Below are positions 39,455-52,289 of a DNA stretch of 64,000 bases, one piece after another; the first letter of the stretch is position 1; every line of letters begins with the position of its first letter. The position numbers were made by a program, and so were the translations under genes. The DNA comes from Octopus bimaculoides (Eukaryota): the NCBI RefSeq assembly GCF_001194135.2, contig NC_068989.1:94526983-94590982 (forward strand), written 5' to 3'. The notes beneath the pieces are model-generated. The model searched no databases. It was not told the origin of the DNA and saw nothing but the letters and a program-made list of their open reading frames with translations.

Positions 39455-39632
39455 CAGACCAATTAAGGTTGTCCCAGCTTGTGAAACTCACAGACTCAAC
39501 AACTTCCTTGACATACTGTTAAAACCTGTCTTAAAAGTTATACCAAAAACCATGGATACCTATTAATCCATCACCCGAAAAAATGCTAACAGGGATACAA
39601 TAATCGTTCCATGTGATGTAGTAAAGCATTTA
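39455..39632 (+). mobile_element. Penelope-like element reverse transcriptase fragment
   Basis: RPIKVVPACETHRLNNFLDILLKPVLKVIP, then after a frameshift DTIIVPCDVVKHL. Matches the PLE RT pattern RPI..GP.C.T..LS..LD.LLKP...T.LVSFDV.SLY. Confidence 0.8.
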
Positions 39633-39707
39633 TCAAATTGTACGTTCTCAGTCACATGCAAGAGAAAACTATAATGAATGTATAAATGACTATATATATA
39701 TAACTGG

Positions 39708-40029
39708 AACTCCGTCGGCTACGGCGACGAGGGTTCCAGATGATCCGATCAGCGGAGCAGCTTGCTTGTGAAATTAGCGTGCAAGTGGTTGAGCACTCCA
39801 CAGACAAGCATACCCTTTGCGTAGTTTACTGGGAACTTCAGCGTGATACACAGTGTGACAACGATGACCCTGTTGAAATACAGGAACTACTCATTTTTGC
39901 CAGCTGAGTGAACTGGAGCAACGGGAAAGAAAATGTCTTGCTCAAGCACACAACGCGTCGCCGGGAATTGAATCTACGACCTTACAATTGTGAGCCGAAT
40001 GCCCTAACCACCAAGCCACGCACCTTCAC
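39708..40029 (-). mobile_element. tRNA-derived SINE family C, full length
   Basis: Minus strand GTGAAGGTGCGTGGCTTGGTGGTTAGGGCATTCGGCTCAC..GATTCAATTCCCGG (A/B boxes); central GTTGTGTGCTTGAGCAAGACA; tail TGGAACCCTCGTCGCCGTAGCCGACGGAGT. Confidence 0.88.
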
Positions 40030-40290
40030 ATACACACACGCCCACAAACACATACACGCACACACACACACACACACAAGCACATACGCGCACGCACACA
40101 CACATGAGTATTCATGTACCAATTTCCAGACTCTTCAGCTCTCCACCAATGAAAATTACAGGCCCCAGCCACGAAATCAGAGGTCAATAATAGGCATGGG
40201 TTGCTGCCAAAAAGACTTAGACTTGTACAGCAATTAGTAGAAAATAACTACAATATATTTTTCGTATATATTAATCTTTGTGCACAAACG

Positions 40291-40342
<52 letters not shown>

Positions 40343-40949
40343 NNNNNNNNNNNNNNNNNNNNNNNNNNNNNNNNNNNNNNNNNNNNNNNNNNNNNNNNNN
40401 NNNNNNNNNNNNNNNNNNNNNNNNNNNNNNNNNNNNNNNNNNNNNNNNNNNNNNNNNNNNNNNNNNNNNNNNNNNNNNNNNNNNNNNNNNNNNNNNNNNN
40501 NNNNNNNNNNNNNNNNNNNNNNNNNNNNNNNNNNNNNNNNNNNNNNNNNNNNNNNNNNNNNNNNNNNNNNNNNNNNNNNNNNNNNNNNNNNNNNNNNNNN
40601 NNNNNNNNNNNNNNNNNNNNNNNNNNNNNNNNNNNNNNNNNNNNNNNNNNNNNNNNNNNNNNNNNNNNNNNNNNNNNNNNNNNNNNNNNNNNNNNNNNNN
40701 NNNNNNNNNNNNNNNNNNNNNNNNNNNNNNNNNNNNNNNNNNNNNNNNNNNNNNNNNNNNNNNNNNNNNNNNNNNNNNNNNNNNNNNNNNNNNNNNNNNN
40801 NNNNNNNNNNNNNNNNNNNNNNNNNNNNNNNNNNNNNNNNNNNNNNNNNNNNNNNNNNNNNNNNNNNNNNNNNNNNNNNNNNNNNNNNNNNNNNNNNNNN
40901 NNNNNNNNNNNNNNNNNNNNNNNNNNNNNNNNNNNNNNNNNNNNNNNNN

Positions 40950-40996
<47 letters not shown>

Positions 40997-41739
40997 ACAT
41001 ATATGTATATATATATATATATCATACACTACACTTCAGTTACTGCACACGAGAATGGTGGGGGTAATTTATCGTAACATTCGACGTACAAATTATCAAT
41101 TATGTGCAAATAGCACCAACTTAATTCTAAAATGCCAATTTTAAATACTGTTGCTATGCGACGAATTGTTAATCCACATTCGATTTAAATTATATGCGTG
41201 ACATAGACTGGCTTATAAAGTGGGCATACACACTATCTATTTAAAGCAATTATGATTCATTCATCCTTTAATGTATTTCTAGTATGTAAGGAAAATTGTA
41301 TAATTTCTGATTTTCTGTTTGCATCTACAATGTATCACAAATATTTTACTTTCTTTTTCTCTCCTTGAGTTTAAAATTTCACAAATATATTTCCGACATA
41401 TTGTTTTTTTTTAAGAGCGCTGATGGAAGTCAATCTCGCCAACAGCAGAACTTTAGCAAACACAGGCATGTCAGACAAACATAGTCGCATCAAATGCCAT
41501 ATAAACACATCTTTTTGTTTTATTAAAACTGTTTCCGACTCTAGAGAATGAATGATAATAATAAAACGGCAATTAAGAGACTGGCTTCTTCCGAAAAAGA
41601 AAACAGGGATTCTTCAAGTTTTACATGCAACAAAGGACAAGAACGGGTCCATATGTGCGTGTGAATATGTGTGTATATATATATATATATATGGTTTTCA
41701 AGATTCTTTGTGTGGATTCGTGCGTTGAAGCATATCTTA

Positions 41740-42425
41740 TTGTCTGGGGAGAGTCATTCTGTTTTCAAGCCTTATTAATTAATACACTCAACTTGTCGTG
41801 TCTGCGCTTGTACTCTTTCTACGCAAGATTTTCGCAAGCACTACCAATGTCAGTGACGCCTTCGACCCGCTTCCCACACATTCTACAGAGGTTCGTTGCA
41901 ATTGTGCAGTATATATCCCTGTACACTGAGTTGGTATTCAATGCCTGATCCTTGACAGCGATGATTAGGCTTTCAGTCTTCTTTTTCAGGTCACCTTTGC
42001 GGAGAAACCTCCCTGATGCTTCCTTGTCTTTTAATTCTTTAGCTTCACGATGGAACTGACCATGTAATTATTCTCTCTCGTTGGCTATTCGTGATCGGAT
42101 TGTTGGTAAATCTTTCTGCATTAGCATCATACTGTAGCAGTTCTTGTTGCTGTTTACCAAATATTCTGCTATGTTTCTTCCATCACTGTTGATGCACTCC
42201 CGTATGCTAATCAGCCTACGTCCACCCTTACACCTCTTTCTGTACTGCCTGTGTACGTTCGCCTAAGGGTGGAAGGCACCATGAATTGTCATTGCTTTGG
42301 GGTAATGCGATCGAGCTTTCGTGTTCATTTCAATATGACTGCAGTATAATGGACTGCAGCAACAGCCCATCTGTTGGTGGCAGTCACAAGGTTTCTTGAG
42401 TTGAGCTTTTTCTTAAAATTTGCAG
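41740..42425 (-). mobile_element. R4/Dong-like non-LTR retrotransposon remnant (post-RT region and zinc knuckle)
   Basis: KLNSRNLVTATNRWAVAAVHY; MTIHGAFHP*ANVHRQYRKRCKGGRRLISIREC; LHGQFHRE; LRKGDLKKKTESLIIAVKDQALNT; CRMCGKRVEGVTDIGSACENLA*KEYKRRHDK. Confidence 0.9.
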
Positions 42426-42624
42426 TTGGATATTAATCATTCAACTGACTTTCCAAAGCGAGACGGAGGAATGACATGATAGGGGTAACACCTGGGAATC
42501 TGTGTTATTCCTCTGTTAGGATGGTTGAGATAAGTCAAGGTGAAATCATACAGAGAGAGACAGTTGGGTAGATAGAACGATGGACACATATATATTTGTG
42601 CATATGTATGTATGTATGAGCTGA

Positions 42625-42862
42625 TAGATATAGATAGATAGATACACAGACAGACAGACAGAGAGACAGACTGATAGAGAGGTAAATAGATAGAAATATA
42701 GATAGATAGAAAGATAGATAGATAGATACACAAACAGACAGACAGATAGATAGACAGACAGACAGGCAGACAGAGAGACAGACAGGCAGACAGAGAGACA
42801 GACAGACAGGCAAGCAGGCAGGCAGGCAGGCAGGCAGACAGCAGACAGACAGACAGATAGAT
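42625..42862. repeat. Compound (GATA/GACA/GGCA)n repeat
   Basis: Direct reading. Confidence 0.95.
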
Positions 42863-43049
42863 AACATTTCATGTGAAAAAGTAACTTGTGAACCGAATCT
42901 AAACAAGAGAGCCTATAAATATATATACATGTATATAAACAAAACTCCATTCATTAATTCTTTCTCCATTATATATATATTCTGAAAAAGGAATGAATGA
43001 AAGGCGTTTTGCTTATATACATACGCACATACGTACATACATACATACA

Positions 43050-43082
<33 letters not shown>

Positions 43083-43597
43083 GATAAACGCGAGACGGAA
43101 TATGTATACCATACGATTTTTTAAAACTATTAATATATATATATATATATGAAGAGAGAAAGAGAGAGACAAAGAGTGAAAGAGATAGACATATATATAT
43201 ATATACATATAAGCACATATATATATAAATACATATATAAATATGTATATATATATATATACATACATTTTCATATGTATATATAATTTTTACAATAAAC
43301 GATGTATTTTAAAATAATAAATCTTTGCGATTTAAGACTGGTGGTATAATAAATTAGCTAAATGTTTGAACGGTGATGTTGAGTAACAAAAGCGAATCGA
43401 CTACAGGGTGAGGGTGGATGAGAGACTGAGAGGCAGAGAGTGAAGTTGGTTAGATAAAGAATTTGTGTGTATGTGAGTAGTGTGTGTGCGCGCGAGAGTC
43501 AGGCATAATTCCTCTTGTTATAATTGCAAATATGTATATGTCTGTGTGCTTCTTTGTAAATGGCTATATAGCATCTATACTACTTATATGAGAATCG

Positions 43598-43875
43598 TGC
43601 CACTCCGTCGGTTACGACGACGAGGGTTCCAGGTGAACCGACCAACGGAACAGCCTGCTTTTGAGATTAACGTGCAAGTGGCTGAGCACTCCACAGGCAC
43701 GTGTACCCTTAACGTAGTTCTCGGGGAGATTCAATGTGGTACGGAGTGTGAAAAGGCTGGCCCCTTTGAATTACAGGTACAGCAAAAACAGGAAGAAAGA
43801 ATGAGAGAAAGTTGTGGTGGAAAAGTACAGCGGGGTTCGCCACCCCCAACCCCTGCCAGAACCTCGTGGAGCTTA
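43598..43875 (-). mobile_element. SINE sharing the family-C tail; head lost in the gap
   Basis: ACTCCGTCGGTTACGACGACGAGGGTTCCAG..CGTGCAAGTGGCTGAGCACTCCACAG matches 39708-39810. Confidence 0.85.
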
Positions 43876-43996
43876 TATNNNNNNNNNNNNNNNNNNNNNN
43901 NNNNNNNNNNNNNNNNNNNNNNNNNNNNNNNNNNNNNNNNNNNNNNNNNNNNNNNNNNNNNNNNNNNNNNNNNNNNNNNNNNNNNNNNNNNNNNNN

Positions 43997-44190
43997 TACT
44001 CTTTTACTCTTTTACTTCTTTAAGTCATTTGACTGCGGCCATGCTGGAACACCGCCTTTAGTCGAGCAAATCGACCCCAGGATTTATTCTTTGGAAGCCT
44101 AGTACTTATTCTATCTGTCTCTTTGGCCGAACCGCTATGTTACGGGGACGTAAACACACCATTATCGTTTGTCAAGCAATGTTGGAGGCA
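43997..44190 (-). mobile_element. SINE family B, 3' body
   Basis: GTCATTTGACTGCGGCCATGCTGGAACACCGCCTTTAGTCGAGCAAATCGACCCCAGG..; tail with tandem GTAAAAGA. Confidence 0.88.
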
Positions 44191-45110
44191 CAAACATATC
44201 GACACATATACATATATATACATATATATATATATGTGTGTTTGTGTGTGTTTGTGTGTGTGTGTGCGTGTGCGTGTGTGTATGTGTATGTGTGTATATG
44301 TATATATACATGTATATATATACATATATATATATATGTTTATATGCTTACATTTATATATTCACAAATTTATCCATATAGACATATATATTTAAATATA
44401 CATATATACATGCATACAAACATTTATGTGTGTATGTGTGTACGTGTGTGTGTGTGTGTGTCTGTTAAAGAAGCACAAAACTAATTTTCTCATGAATTTT
44501 AGTAAAATACAAAATAAATTATGTCGTCTTGTGTTAGTCTAATTAATTTTAATACTGTATTGAATTAAACTATCTTGAAGAAGCCAAACGTATTGTTGAA
44601 TATATTTTATCTAAGTCTTAATCAAAATGTTCGATTTTTTAAAAACTTATTTCCACATATCTGTATTTCATAAATTTATTGATGATATGTCTTAATATTT
44701 TTCAACCACTGAAGGTTCGCATTAAATTTATGGCTATTTACATTTATCAGTACTTAAATAATAATTTCGTGTGATAAAAGCGTCTATCAAGTCAAATTAA
44801 ATTAGTTTCTTCACCCTCGTTTTAACACCAGATATTATTTGGTAGTTTGATATTTTGACTTACATGCAATGTTGGAAATTGAAAGTCAAAATACAGCGTA
44901 TATAAATACTTTCAAATTATATGTCTCTTTACACGCACATAAGCACTCATGATTATTAAGGATCTCTATAAAGGTATATTCGAAAGAATAAATTATTTAT
45001 ATGCATATTTGTACATATTACACACATACACGCACACTCTCACACACAGATATATAAATGCTTTATACACATACATACATATATAAATATTTATATATAT
45101 ATATATATAT

Positions 45111-45153
<43 letters not shown>

Positions 45154-45669
45154 NNNNNNNNNNNNNNNNNNNNNNNNNNNNNNNNNNNNNNNNNNNNNNN
45201 NNNNNNNNNNNNNNNNNNNNNNNNNNNNNNNNNNNNNNNNNNNNNNNNNNNNNNNNNNNNNNNNNNNNNNNNNNNNNNNNNNNNNNNNNNNNNNNNNNNN
45301 NNNNNNNNNNNNNNNNNNNNNNNNNNNNNNNNNNNNNNNNNNNNNNNNNNNNNNNNNNNNNNNNNNNNNNNNNNNNNNNNNNNNNNNNNNNNNNNNNNNN
45401 NNNNNNNNNNNNNNNNNNNNNNNNNNNNNNNNNNNNNNTATATATATATATATATATAAAAATGGATTTAAACGCAGATGTTATTCAAATTCTTTTACTT
45501 CCGACACATGTTTCGAAGATATCACTGGTATTATTCCAAAAGAATAAAATGGTGTAAAACAATGTAATTTAAAATTAGTTTCTTTTTTCAACATTTGTGT
45601 ATTCATTAGCTAAGTCTCATATAAAATGATTTATTGTTTTAATCCTTGAATTAAATGAGGTTTAGATTT

Positions 45670-45697
45670 ACTGTTAGGTGACTTTTGGCCAACCCTG
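45670..45697 (-). mobile_element. Isolated Tc1/mariner-type TIR
   Basis: Revcomp TA-CAGGGTTGGCCAAAAGTCACC; a partner may lie in the upstream gap. Confidence 0.45.
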
Positions 45698-45715
45698 TAT
45701 ATATATATAATATCT

Positions 45716-45910
45716 TTTAATCACTTGTGTCAGTCATTAGCCTGCGGCCATTCTAGGGCACCGCCTTAAAGAACATTTACTCGAATTAATAAACGCATTA
45801 CTCATATTTTTAAAAAAATCTGGTATTCCATTGGTCTCTTTTGATCAATTACGGTGACGTAAAGACACCAATGCTAAGTGTCAAATCGATAGCGCGAAGA
45901 AACACGGACA
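45716..45910 (-). mobile_element. SINE family B, diverged 3' body
   Basis: CAGTCATTAGCCTGCGGCCATTCTAGGGCACCGCCTTAAAG..GGTCTCTTTTG..GACGTAAAGACACCA. Confidence 0.7.
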
Positions 45911-45937
45911 CGCACGCATGCACGCACGCACACACAC

Positions 45938-45968
<31 letters not shown>

Positions 45969-45979
45969 CNNNNNNNNNN

Positions 45980-46024
<45 letters not shown>

Positions 46025-46064
46025 TTAGGTAAATAATCCTTCGATCAGACGGTCAGTACCGACG

Positions 46065-46141
46065 CCTGCTGGGTTCGCCTGATCTACATTGATAAGAGGC
46101 AATACCTCGAAACTAGTCTGTAGATGCCAGACCAGCAAAGG
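46065..46141 (+). ncRNA. Type I hammerhead ribozyme with U3-A8 compensatory core
   Basis: Helix I ATCTACA(46082-88)/TGTAGAT(46119-25), 7 perfect bp; core TTGATAA; helix II GAGG/CCTC with loop CAATA; GAAA; palindromic helix III ACTAGT; GUC cleavage triplet 46116-46118; distal helix TGCTGG/CCAGCA. Confidence 0.8.
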
Positions 46142-46149
46142 GAAGCGGC

Positions 46150-46275
46150 TGACCTCCCCTGTTCGAAGGTTATAATGGACACAGATTCGTGTGTCACATA
46201 GCTAGCTATAGGCGATGACCTCTTGGAGATAATCGACGGCAGTATTCGTCCTATTTTTGGACTGCCATGTTGGCT
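46150..46275 (+). mobile_element. Diverged single arm of the 19295-19570 foldback family
   Basis: CCTGTTCGAAGGTTATAATGGACACAGATTCGTG..GGCAGTATTCGTCCTATTTTTGGACTGCCATGTT resembles 19440-19555. Confidence 0.65.
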
Positions 46276-46304
46276 TGGCGATAACTATTAATATATATAT
46301 ACAT

Positions 46305-46460
46305 ATATACTCCACAGGCTTTCAGTTTCCGTCTACGAAATTCACTCACAAGTATTTGGCCGGCGCTAGAATGCAGTAGAGGACACATGGCCAAATATGC
46401 CACGCAGTGGAACTGAACCCAGAACCATGTGGTTGAAAAATAAGCTTCATACCCCGCAAC
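46305..46460 (-). mobile_element. SINE family B, 5' head
   Basis: TTTCAGTTTCCGTCTACGAAATTCACTCACAAG..GCCACGCAGTGGAACTGAACCCAGAACCATGTGGTTG. Confidence 0.8.
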
Positions 46461-46490
46461 TATATATAAGTATATATATATATTTCTATA

Positions 46491-47070
46491 TGCAAGAGGA
46501 AGTGTTCAAATGTAAGTGGAAACATTCTCTGCGGAACAAATCTGTTGTAGTTCAGGCTTCCACTGCTTAATTCAATCCTCAGGCATCAGTCTGCCGACCG
46601 GCAATGTCGTATGGGGCAGTATTGCTATGTAGTGCGTCTTTCTGTTGCTGTGCTTCTCCCTTGTTCGTCAATTTTTGTAGTGGTTGAAACGAAGCTCTAG
46701 GAATGGTCATTTGTCGCTTTAAGAGCAATCTCGTTCAGGACGGCGTCGACTTCATGGACGAATGAAAACATCATGAAAATTCACGAACTGATCGTAGAAG
46801 ATCGTCACCAAACAATTGAGGAACATATCCTGACAACGAATTTTGAGTGAGGAATTGGGAATGAAAAGAGTTACATCAAAATGTGTGCCTCGCTTGCTCA
46901 CGGAAGTTCAAAATCAGTCATGACAGAATGTGTGTCGTGAACTGAAAGAACAGGTGGAAGTTGACCCAGACCTTTTTCGAAGGTCACCCATCACTGGTGA
47001 CAAAAGCTGGTGCTATGCAGATGTAGAAGAGGTGAAGAAAAAACGACGAGGTTTCAAAAGCCATCCCTTT
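46491..47070 (+). mobile_element. Internally deleted mariner remnant
   Basis: SRSG..TNENIMKIHELIVEDRHQTIEE; LGMKRVTSKCVPRLLT; ITGDKSWCY (first catalytic D); then DVEEVKKKT (C-terminal region). Confidence 0.85.
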
Positions 47071-47674
47071 GCACTGGTAATAATTCATTACTAAAAATAG
47101 TCTTTAAACGAACGACCATCAATATGTCACATTCCGATATGCTGTTTTTGTTTCTTGCTGTTATTATTCAACATCTGTGTTCTTTCTTTTAACAGCATAT
47201 ATTTGATGGAATTTGTAGAGTATTTTTAGCTGGTATAGCCATAGCGTTTAAATGTTTGATTGAAAGTACCCCATCACACTATTTGATTAGAATCCATAGA
47301 AAATTAAAAATGTCCTCATGGAAATATTGGCTCCACGTTTCTCGATAATGTAAGCTAGTGTTTGCAATATACTCTTAGGAATATTTTATTGAAGTTCTTA
47401 TAAATCAACATGTATGTTATTGCCATCTTTTCACTGAAGAAAAGGAATATATTTTATATAATGTTTTTATGCTTATATCACAAGAAGTAAATTTTTAGAA
47501 GGACAATATGCGATAGACTTGACAGTCATCTGCATTCACGCATTTACTCATTCCTCCCTTTCTCACTTTCTCTCTTTCTCAGGAAATATATCTATGTGCG
47601 TAAACAATGCATTTATATGTGTATTAATATATTAATATATGCTTAAATATATGCACATACATGTACACCCCCCC

Positions 47675-47725
<51 letters not shown>

Positions 47726-49885
47726 AGAATACAATTGCATCAAAAGAACCTTCTTTTAAGACATAAATATACTTATTATACATACAGGTATCTTGGCTTG
47801 TGTTCATTAATCATGAGAAGTTTGTAAACCGCTTCGAACTATATTTATTAGTGTGAACCAATAAAGTGCCAGTCTGTTTATGGTCACATGTCCAAGATGA
47901 AATAGTCGTATATAATGCACGATGGCCTTTAAAAATGCTATCTTCGACTACGCCGAGCAATGTAGCATAAAAAGAGAATGTGTAATTTAAATATATTTGG
48001 AACTCGTTATATGAGGAATGAACAGGAACAAGGAGCAATAATAATTACTTTTATTTAGGTTTTGTAGCAATGTTCTGAGTGTTGTACTTGCTTGAGGGAA
48101 ATAGGAAATAAAGAGACTTCTAATTTAAATGCAAAATATCTTCGATTTTCACCAAATGACATGCAGAGAAAAACAAAATCACACATCAAATTGGTATGCT
48201 TAGCAGCAATACGAATAGAACCAAATGTGGAAGAATTCAAAATACGTGGTCAATAATCTAGAAATATTTGTTAGAAATTAAAGGTAATTATGTTTGTTAG
48301 AGCTAATGAGCAACTGCTATTTCTATAAACGACTGAGATAGAAAGACAAGAATAGAACTCGTCTAAGAACTCAAGGAAGAATACAATTTGAATTAAAGGT
48401 AATAAAAATGAAATCATTTATGCAACACCAATGTCGGTGAGTCTTCGACAAAACAAGAGAATATGTAAAATATATGTATACTGTACTTGTAATAAGTTAC
48501 CAAAATCTGGTGCTGAAAACAGTATCTGTAAATTATAAATGCTTCAATATGTATTTAATACGGAATTCAGTAGCTGGTGCTGTTCAAGACTTTGTAAGTA
48601 AGGCCAGAACAACTTGTATGGCTTTTCTTTTGTACTTGGGTACTCCAACAGATAGCGAATGTGTATCTCTAAAAAATAGACGTGTCACATCATAAATTGT
48701 AATTTTCGATTTCAGCCGAAAGTTTATCATTATGTAGTATCTTGAAAGTAAATATATTGTCTGATTTTATTCATTTCACGTCAATTGAAATACATTGAAA
48801 ATAGAAAGGAGGTAAGTTAAATGAATGATCTTGAAGTTGGAATCGGTATATGTAAAAGTAACTTTACCTTGACAGACAGTCTAAATAATTTGATTTGGTG
48901 TGACTTCAAATCCTAATAGTAAGAAAGTTGATAATATCTGTTTTAATTATTTCAGGATAAAATACAAGAGATAACCCTATATTCGTGAACCTCTACCCAA
49001 TTACTGATATGTGCCAAAACAAAGCACAGAACAAACTACGACCAATACAGTTGAGCAGTGAAGGTTCTCTCTAATTGGATACTTTAATAGTACCGAGAGC
49101 TAGGATCGCTCTCATTACAAAGGAAAACACTGAAATCTAATTCGTTCAGATTTTATACTTAATTAGGAAATTCTTATAGGTGCTAATAATTGTGAATAAC
49201 AATGACTGAGCGACTGGACAAATATTGGACTAATATCTCATATTGAATACAGTCTATCTAATCACATTTTTTTCATAGCTTATTAAGGAATCATTATTCT
49301 CTGAATGACTGCAATATGTATTCAATGATGAAGTTACTGAACTTGACTGATATCAAATGTGATTCACAATGAATGGCAACGTATTAGTGAGATAGTTATA
49401 ACGTTAATACTGGAGAGCTAGTCACTTGATAACAAGTGAAAGTACTGTGAATCGATCGAATGTAGGCGTTACTGGAGAAAGAAAAAAAGAAAGAAATTGA
49501 ATGATAGACATAGAGAGAAGTTGAGAGTATAAAATATTAAACGGAGAGTAGAAGTCACATGTTTCGAAAGTATAAGACAGACGAAACAGTGATAGAGGAG
49601 ATGAGGAAAAGAACCGAAAGAAGTTGGAGAAACAAAGCATGAGACAAGATTACAGAAAGAGAGACTAGAAAGAGAAATGAGTTGTGAAGATACTTCATTA
49701 ACGAGAGTGAAGGAGGATATAAAGAAAAGAGAGAAGGAGAAGCATGTTTTGTGTGTTAGAGGAAAACAAGGAAATAAGAAAAGACAAGGGGAAAGAGAGA
49801 CATAAGTATAAGAACGATGAGACTATGATGCTAAAGGGGACGCAAAACGTACGCTATAAATGTGTGTGAATATATATACGTGCTT

Positions 49886-49902
49886 AGATAGATAGATCGA
49901 TC

Positions 49903-49969
<67 letters not shown>
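49886..49969. repeat. (GATA)n microsatellite
   Basis: Direct reading; truncates the adjacent mariner. Confidence 0.97.
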
Positions 49970-50765
49970 TACCCAAAAAGCTGAGATGGATGAGACTGCC
50001 CGCAGACCACCAAACAGTTACCATGACCTTCTTTTGGTGCAACTTTGGCTTCGGAAAGTGCCGTGGAGATTCGTCGGCGTCTAACCACTGAGCCCATCGT
50101 CGCCGGTTGTCGTAAATAATTCACTTTTAATCGCAAGTCATATTCCGGTCGAGAAACGGGTCGTTCTTGTCGCGTAAAAGAAGAGAAGACGACACTTCAA
50201 AATGGCTTTTTAACATTTTTTGTCGTTCAATTCGTGCGGCACCCATTCCTAAAGTATTTTTGTTTTTCCAATCTCTTTCAAGTGGTTGGAAATTGTCGTA
50301 CGCGTTACGTCTAATTCAGAAGCAAGTTCTCGAACAGGTGTGCGTGGATTGGCTTCGACTAAGGCTCTTCGTTGATCGTTGTCAACATCCGATGGCCGAC
50401 CACTACGCTTATCATCTTCAAGACCGCTACGAAATTTCTTGAACCACCATTGTACTGTACGTTCATTAGTGGTTCCCGGATCAAATGCATCGTTGATATC
50501 GCGAACTGTTTCGGCAGTTTTTTGGCCTTGCTTGAACTGGAATAAGAAAATTGTGCGAATTTGCTTCTTGTCCATGTTGTATTCAACGTTCCGGAAAAAA
50601 TCGACCTAATTGTTCAAAACGAAAACGAGTAAGACGATTAGATAGAGCGAAAAACGGGCTTTAAAATAATATGTAAAGTCAAAGTAATGTAACGAATATT
50701 AATTTGAAAATACATAAATTAAAACCCAAATTTAAATTTCTGCAAGAACTTTCTTGACAACCTAA
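49970..50765 (-). mobile_element. Hsmar1/cecropia-like mariner, 5' half with left TIR
   Basis: TA + TTAGGTTGTCAAGAAAGTTCTTGCAG TIR ending at 50765; ORF 50575-50249 MDKKQIRTIFLFQFKQG..ERTVQWWFKKFRSG..DDKRSGRPS; frameshifted continuation WVPHEL, TCD*KWIIYDN, LHQKKVMVTVWWS. Confidence 0.95.
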
Positions 50766-50834
50766 TATATATATACCCCCCACACACACACAAATATATA
50801 TTCATATCACTATTCAACAAGGCCAACGACATAA

Positions 50835-51286
50835 CCATTGTTGATCTCTGCAGGACTCCACAATCACCTCTAATGTGCTCTGAAGAATGCCTCAACAAAA
50901 TCAAGTCATTTCTTCAAAAATACGACTCCGGAAACATACTGGTGATGGGTGATTTTAACCTGCCTTATATAACCTGTCCCACAAATACTCTGAAGTTAAG
51001 CAACTGCACTTCACCAGACAAAGCAACAGCAGAATTACTCTTTAATCTCATGGATGAATTTTTCCTCTCGCAGCTAGTCCTCGAAACTAGACAGAATAAA
51101 ACAATCTTGGATCTAACATTAGCAAACTACTGTATCTCCATTCGCAGCATTTCAACTAAAAAGACTCTCTCCTCGGACCACGACATGATACTCAGCAAGT
51201 TTAATTTCTGACATATCAAAACCAAACCAGTCAATTGCACCCCACTGCACTTGAAGATATAAATTTACACAAAGTGGACTGGGAGC

Positions 51287-51290
<4 letters not shown>
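50835..51290 (+). mobile_element. CR1/L2-type LINE apurinic endonuclease fragment
   Basis: ILVMGDFNLP, TRQNKTILDLTLAN, SDHDMI motifs, then NLHKVDWEQ; no RT follows (gap). Confidence 0.85.
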
Positions 51291-51326
<36 letters not shown>

Positions 51327-51789
51327 TATACACGTACATTTACATACATACATACATATATGTATATATAGTANNNNNNNNNNNNNNNNNNNNNNNNNNN
51401 NNNNNNNNNNNNNNNNNNNNNNNNNNNNNNNNNNNNNNNNNNNNNNNNNNNNNNNNNNNNNNNNNNNNNNNNNNNNNNNNNNNNNNNNNNNNNNNNNNNN
51501 NNNNNNNNNNNNNNNNNNNNNNNNNNNNNNNNNNNNNNNNNNNNNNNNNNNNNNNNNNNNNNNNNNNNNNNNNNNNNNNNNNNNNNNNNNNNNNNNNNNN
51601 NNNNNNNNNNNNNNNNNNNNNNNNNNNNNNNNNNNNNNNNNNNNNNNNNNNNNNNNNNNNNNNNNNNNNNNNNNNNNNNNNNNNNNNNNNNNNNNNNNNN
51701 NNNNNNNNNNNNNNNNNNNNNNNNNNNNNNNNNNNNNNNNNNNNNNNNNNNNNNNNNNNNNNNNNNNNNNNNNNNNNNNNNNNNNNNNN

Positions 51790-51867
<78 letters not shown>

Positions 51868-52289
51868 CCTTTCCATTCGTTCTCAACTACTCATTTATAA
51901 CGATGTCATGTGTACATCACTGACATAGCTATTCCACGAAGACTGACATTGAGAATGTTCTTCAATTTGAACGAGTTAAGCAAGTTTCTTTGAAATTGGA
52001 AACAGATTCAACTATCACACAAGAAAACATACTTGTACTACACATTCAATAGTTACGAGTAGAAGCTTACAATTCATCACAAAATTTGATGCTTTCTATT
52101 GGTGATACCGAATGTATCATATTGTCAAAACTTCATATATTGAAGAACACCAACCGTCATACTTATAAAATCCTAACGGAATGACGATGAATCTATTTAG
52201 CAGAGTGTTTAATATACACAAAGCTTCAAACTCATATACTTTAGCTATATTGCAGAATATAGAAATTCTGAGGCGAAATTATATAATTT

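Noticed and set aside
39960-40029. tRNA gene call for SINE heads
   Set aside because: A/B boxes are present but there is no complete cloverleaf and the sequence continues into a repeated SINE body.
45497-45530. Minus-strand GAAAC-ATGT-GTC hammerhead 3' half (similar at about 49555 and 53128, and a GAAACTA motif at about 2696)
   Set aside because: No intact CUGANGA with matching helices.
47880-48690. Exon-like frames (QCSECC..IEPNVEEF on plus; EIHIRYLLEYPSTKEKPYKLFWPY on minus) and a strong donor at about 48810
   Set aside because: No consistent spliced frame could be built. Faint resemblance to hAT transposase C-termini, too weak to call either way.
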